Position numbers and translations under genes: made by a program | Part shown: one piece after another, positions 61,838 through 64,000 of the stretch | How positions within the stretch are numbered: position 1 is the stretch's first letter | Layout: every line of letters starts with the position of its first letter | NCBI GenBank assembly: GCA_963770895.1 | Contig: CAVYRF010000002.1 | Coordinates: 5,728,001 to 5,792,000, forward strand | Origin: an uncultured Acidobacteriota bacterium | GTDB taxonomy: Bacteria; Acidobacteriota; Thermoanaerobaculia; Multivoradales; UBA5704 | Length of the DNA stretch: 64,000 nucleotides | Direction: 5' to 3' | The notes under the pieces: generated by a model | The model's database searches: none | Told to the model about the DNA's origin: nothing | Seen by the model: only the letters and a program-made list of their open reading frames with translations

Positions 61838-64000
61838 TCATTCGTCGCGCAACGCCTCGATCGGCTGGATGCCGGCGGCACGGCGCGCCGGCACGAAGCC
61901 GGCGACCAGGGCGACCAGAGCCAGCGTGGCGGTCGCTGCGCCCCAGGTCGCGGGATCGTGGGCGGTGACGCCGAACAGCTGGCCGGCCACCAGCCGCGCC
62001 AGGCCCCAGGTCGCCAGCAGGCCGCAGGCCGCCCCGATCCCGACCAGCAGCAGCGTTTCGCGCATCACCAGGCCCAGCAGCTGGCGGCGCGGCGCGCCCA
62101 GCGCCAGGCGCAGGCCGATCTCGCCGGTGCGCCGGGCCACGCCGTAGGACATCACGGCGTACAGGCCGACCGCCGCCAGCAGCAGCGCCAGGGCGCCGAA
62201 AAAGCCGGTCAGCCGGGCGACGGCGCGCTCGCGCGAAAGCGACCGCGACAGCTGCTCGTCCATGGTGGTGACGCTGAGAACGGGCAGGTTCGGCGCCACC
62301 TCCGCCACGGCGCGGCGCAGCTGTGCCGCCACCTCCCCGAGGCCGGTGCCGCCGCCGCCGGCGCCGCCGGCCGCCGGGGAATCGACGCGCAGCTCGATGT
62401 CGCGCAGCACGTTCGCCTCGTGGAATCGGGCGGGGATCTGCGCCGCCGGCAGGTAGGCGAGCGGCGCCGCGTCTTCGCCCAGGCGGTGGTACTTGCCGTC
62501 CTTGACCACGCCGACGATTTCAAGGTCGCGCGCGTGCTCGGCGCCGCCGAAGCCGAAACGGCGCCCGATCGGCGACCCCGGCGGCAGGTAGCGGCGCACC
62601 AGCGCCTGGTTGACCACCGCCACCAGCGGCGCGCCGGCGCGGTCGCGCGGCTCGAAGCCGCGGCCGGCGACGAGCGGCAGCCCGACGGTGGCGAAGTAGC
62701 GCGGCGTGACGGTCGTGTGCTGCACCCCCAGGTCTTCGTGCGGCCGTGGGTTGTAGCCGGGCACCTGGATCTTGCCGTTGTCGACGTCTTCGGTCAGCAG
62801 GCGCGACCGCGACAGGCTCACCGAGCGCACGCCGCCGATGGCTTCCAGCCGCTGGCTCAGGCGGTCGTAGAACGCCGCGAACCCGGCGGTGTCGCGGTAG
62901 CCGAGCAGTTGGGGATCGACGCCGGCCGTCACCAGGCCGCCGGCGGCATAGCCGGGATCGACGCGCAACAGGTTCTGCAGGCTGCGCACGAACAGGCCCG
63001 CGCCGCACAGCAGCACCAGCGACAGCCCCACCTGCGCCGCCACCAGCGCCTTGCCCAGCGGCAGCCGCCTGCCGGCGGCGCCGGGGCCCTTCATCGACCG
63101 CGCCCCCTGGCGCAGCACCGAGGCCAGGTCGACCCGCGTCGCCTGGAGCGCCGGCACCAGGCCGAAGGCGAGACCGGTGAGCAGCGCGACCAGCGTCGCA
63201 AATGCCACCTTGCGCAGATCGAGGTCGACGTCGAGCGGCACCGGCGCGTCGCCCAGCGAGACCAGGCGCAGCAGCAGGCGGCTCCCCCAGGCGGCGAAGA
63301 CCAGGCCCAGGGCGCCGCCCAGGCCGGAGAGCAGCAGGCTTTCGACGACCAGCTGCCGCACCAGGCGCGCGCGGCCGGCGCCGATGCCCAGGCGCACCGC
63401 CATCTCGCGGCGCCGCCGGTCGGCGCGCGCCAGCAGCAGGGTGGCGACGTTGGCGCAGGCGATCAGCAGCACCAGGCCGGCCAGGCCGCTGAGCAGCAGC
63501 AGCGGGCTGGTCAGGGTCTGGCGCAGATTCGCCAGGCCGCGCGCGCCGGGCGAAACCACCAGCTTTGCCGCCTGCAGCCGGCTGCGGTCGGCGGCATCGC
63601 CGCGCCCCGCAAGCTCGCCCTGCTTTTCGCGCGCATAGACGACGTCGAGCAGCGCCCGCGCCGCCTGCAAGCTCACTCCCGCGCGGCGCTTGGCCAGCAG
63701 CTGGAGCCAGTGCCGGTTGACCTGGTGCCACACCGGCTGGCGCGGATCTTCAGGTCCGTCGATGGTCATCGAGCCGACGTAGCGGACGGCGTCGCGCAGC
63801 GTCACCGGCAGGAACAGGTCGGGGGCCTGGTCGGCCAGCACGCCGCGAAAGCCGCGCGGCAGGACGCCGACGACGGTGACCGGGGTGCCGTTGACCAGGA
63901 GCGGCTGCCCCACCGCCGCCGGATCGCCGCCGAAACGCCGCCGCCAGTAGCCGTCGCTGATCACCGCCACCGGGCGGCCGGCGGCGAGGCTGTCTTCGGC
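61838..64000 (-). CDS. ABC transporter permease, ADOP/MacB-FtsX duplicated type (partial)
   Basis: LVLLIACANVATLLLARA...RRREMAVRLGIGA and LAAVGLYAVMSYGVARRTGEIGLRLALGA duplicated FtsX motifs; 5' end outside the window. Confidence 0.9.
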   Translation of the reverse strand, partial: AEDSLAAGRPVAVISDGYWRRRFGGDPAAVGQPLLVNGTPVTVVGVLPRGFRGVLADQAPDLFLPVTLRDAVRYVGSMTIDGPEDPRQPVWHQVNRHWLQLLAKRRAGVSLQAARALLDVVYAREKQGELAGRGDAADRSRLQAAKLVVSPGARGLANLRQTLTSPLLLLSGLAGLVLLIACANVATLLLARADRRRREMAVRLGIGAGRARLVRQLVVESLLLSGLGGALGLVFAAWGSRLLLRLVSLGDAPVPLDVDLDLRKVAFATLVALLTGLAFGLVPALQATRVDLASVLRQGARSMKGPGAAGRRLPLGKALVAAQVGLSLVLLCGAGLFVRSLQNLLRVDPGYAAGGLVTAGVDPQLLGYRDTAGFAAFYDRLSQRLEAIGGVRSVSLSRSRLLTEDVDNGKIQVPGYNPRPHEDLGVQHTTVTPRYFATVGLPLVAGRGFEPRDRAGAPLVAVVNQALVRRYLPPGSPIGRRFGFGGAEHARDLEIVGVVKDGKYHRLGEDAAPLAYLPAAQIPARFHEANVLRDIELRVDSPAAGGAGGGGTGLGEVAAQLRRAVAEVAPNLPVLSVTTMDEQLSRSLSRERAVARLTGFFGALALLLAAVGLYAVMSYGVARRTGEIGLRLALGAPRRQLLGLVMRETLLLVGIGAACGLLATWGLARLVAGQLFGVTAHDPATWGAATATLALVALVAGFVPARRAAGIQPIEALRDE

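Noticed and set aside
58241-61968. 1115-aa antisense and 969-aa alternate-frame ORFs over the SNF2 gene
   Set aside because: Arg/Ala/Pro-rich translations without domain motifs; codon-bias artefacts.

Overview
High-GC bacterial chromosomal window, probably Acidobacteriota (inferred from an ADOP-type duplicated ABC permease, a TIGR02999-type ECF sigma/Ser-Thr kinase pair and a carboxypeptidase-reg-like TonB receptor). The left half is mostly housekeeping: pyrE, an NtrC-family regulator, degP, the rimP-nusA-infB-DUF503-rbfA-nrnA-truB-rpsO-pnp operon, and tatD-metG-hslO-larC-radC-cobB. The right half holds accessory loci: a vapBC pair; a low-GC membrane-anchored DUF4041/GIY-YIG gene resembling the PD-lambda-1/SNIPE anti-phage nuclease; a TatT-containing TRAP (TPAT) transporter downstream of hydrolase/thiolase/SDR/FAD-oxidase genes; and a lower-GC island at about 49.2-57.7 kb. 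In that island an apparent three-gene protease operon (zinc-ribbon membrane protein, M48 peptidase, tandem pseudo-CHAT/active-CHAT protein) is split by an ISAzo13 element that itself carries a nested IS256. The ORF track misses a likely AhpD/CMD-family selenoprotein at 57732-58337 (CxxU motif, in-frame TGA followed by a bSECIS-like hairpin). Synonymous sites flanking several insertion sites show a mirror-image C-rich-left/G-rich-right skew. No rRNA, tRNA or CRISPR array was seen. All calls come from motif recognition by eye; no database searches were run.
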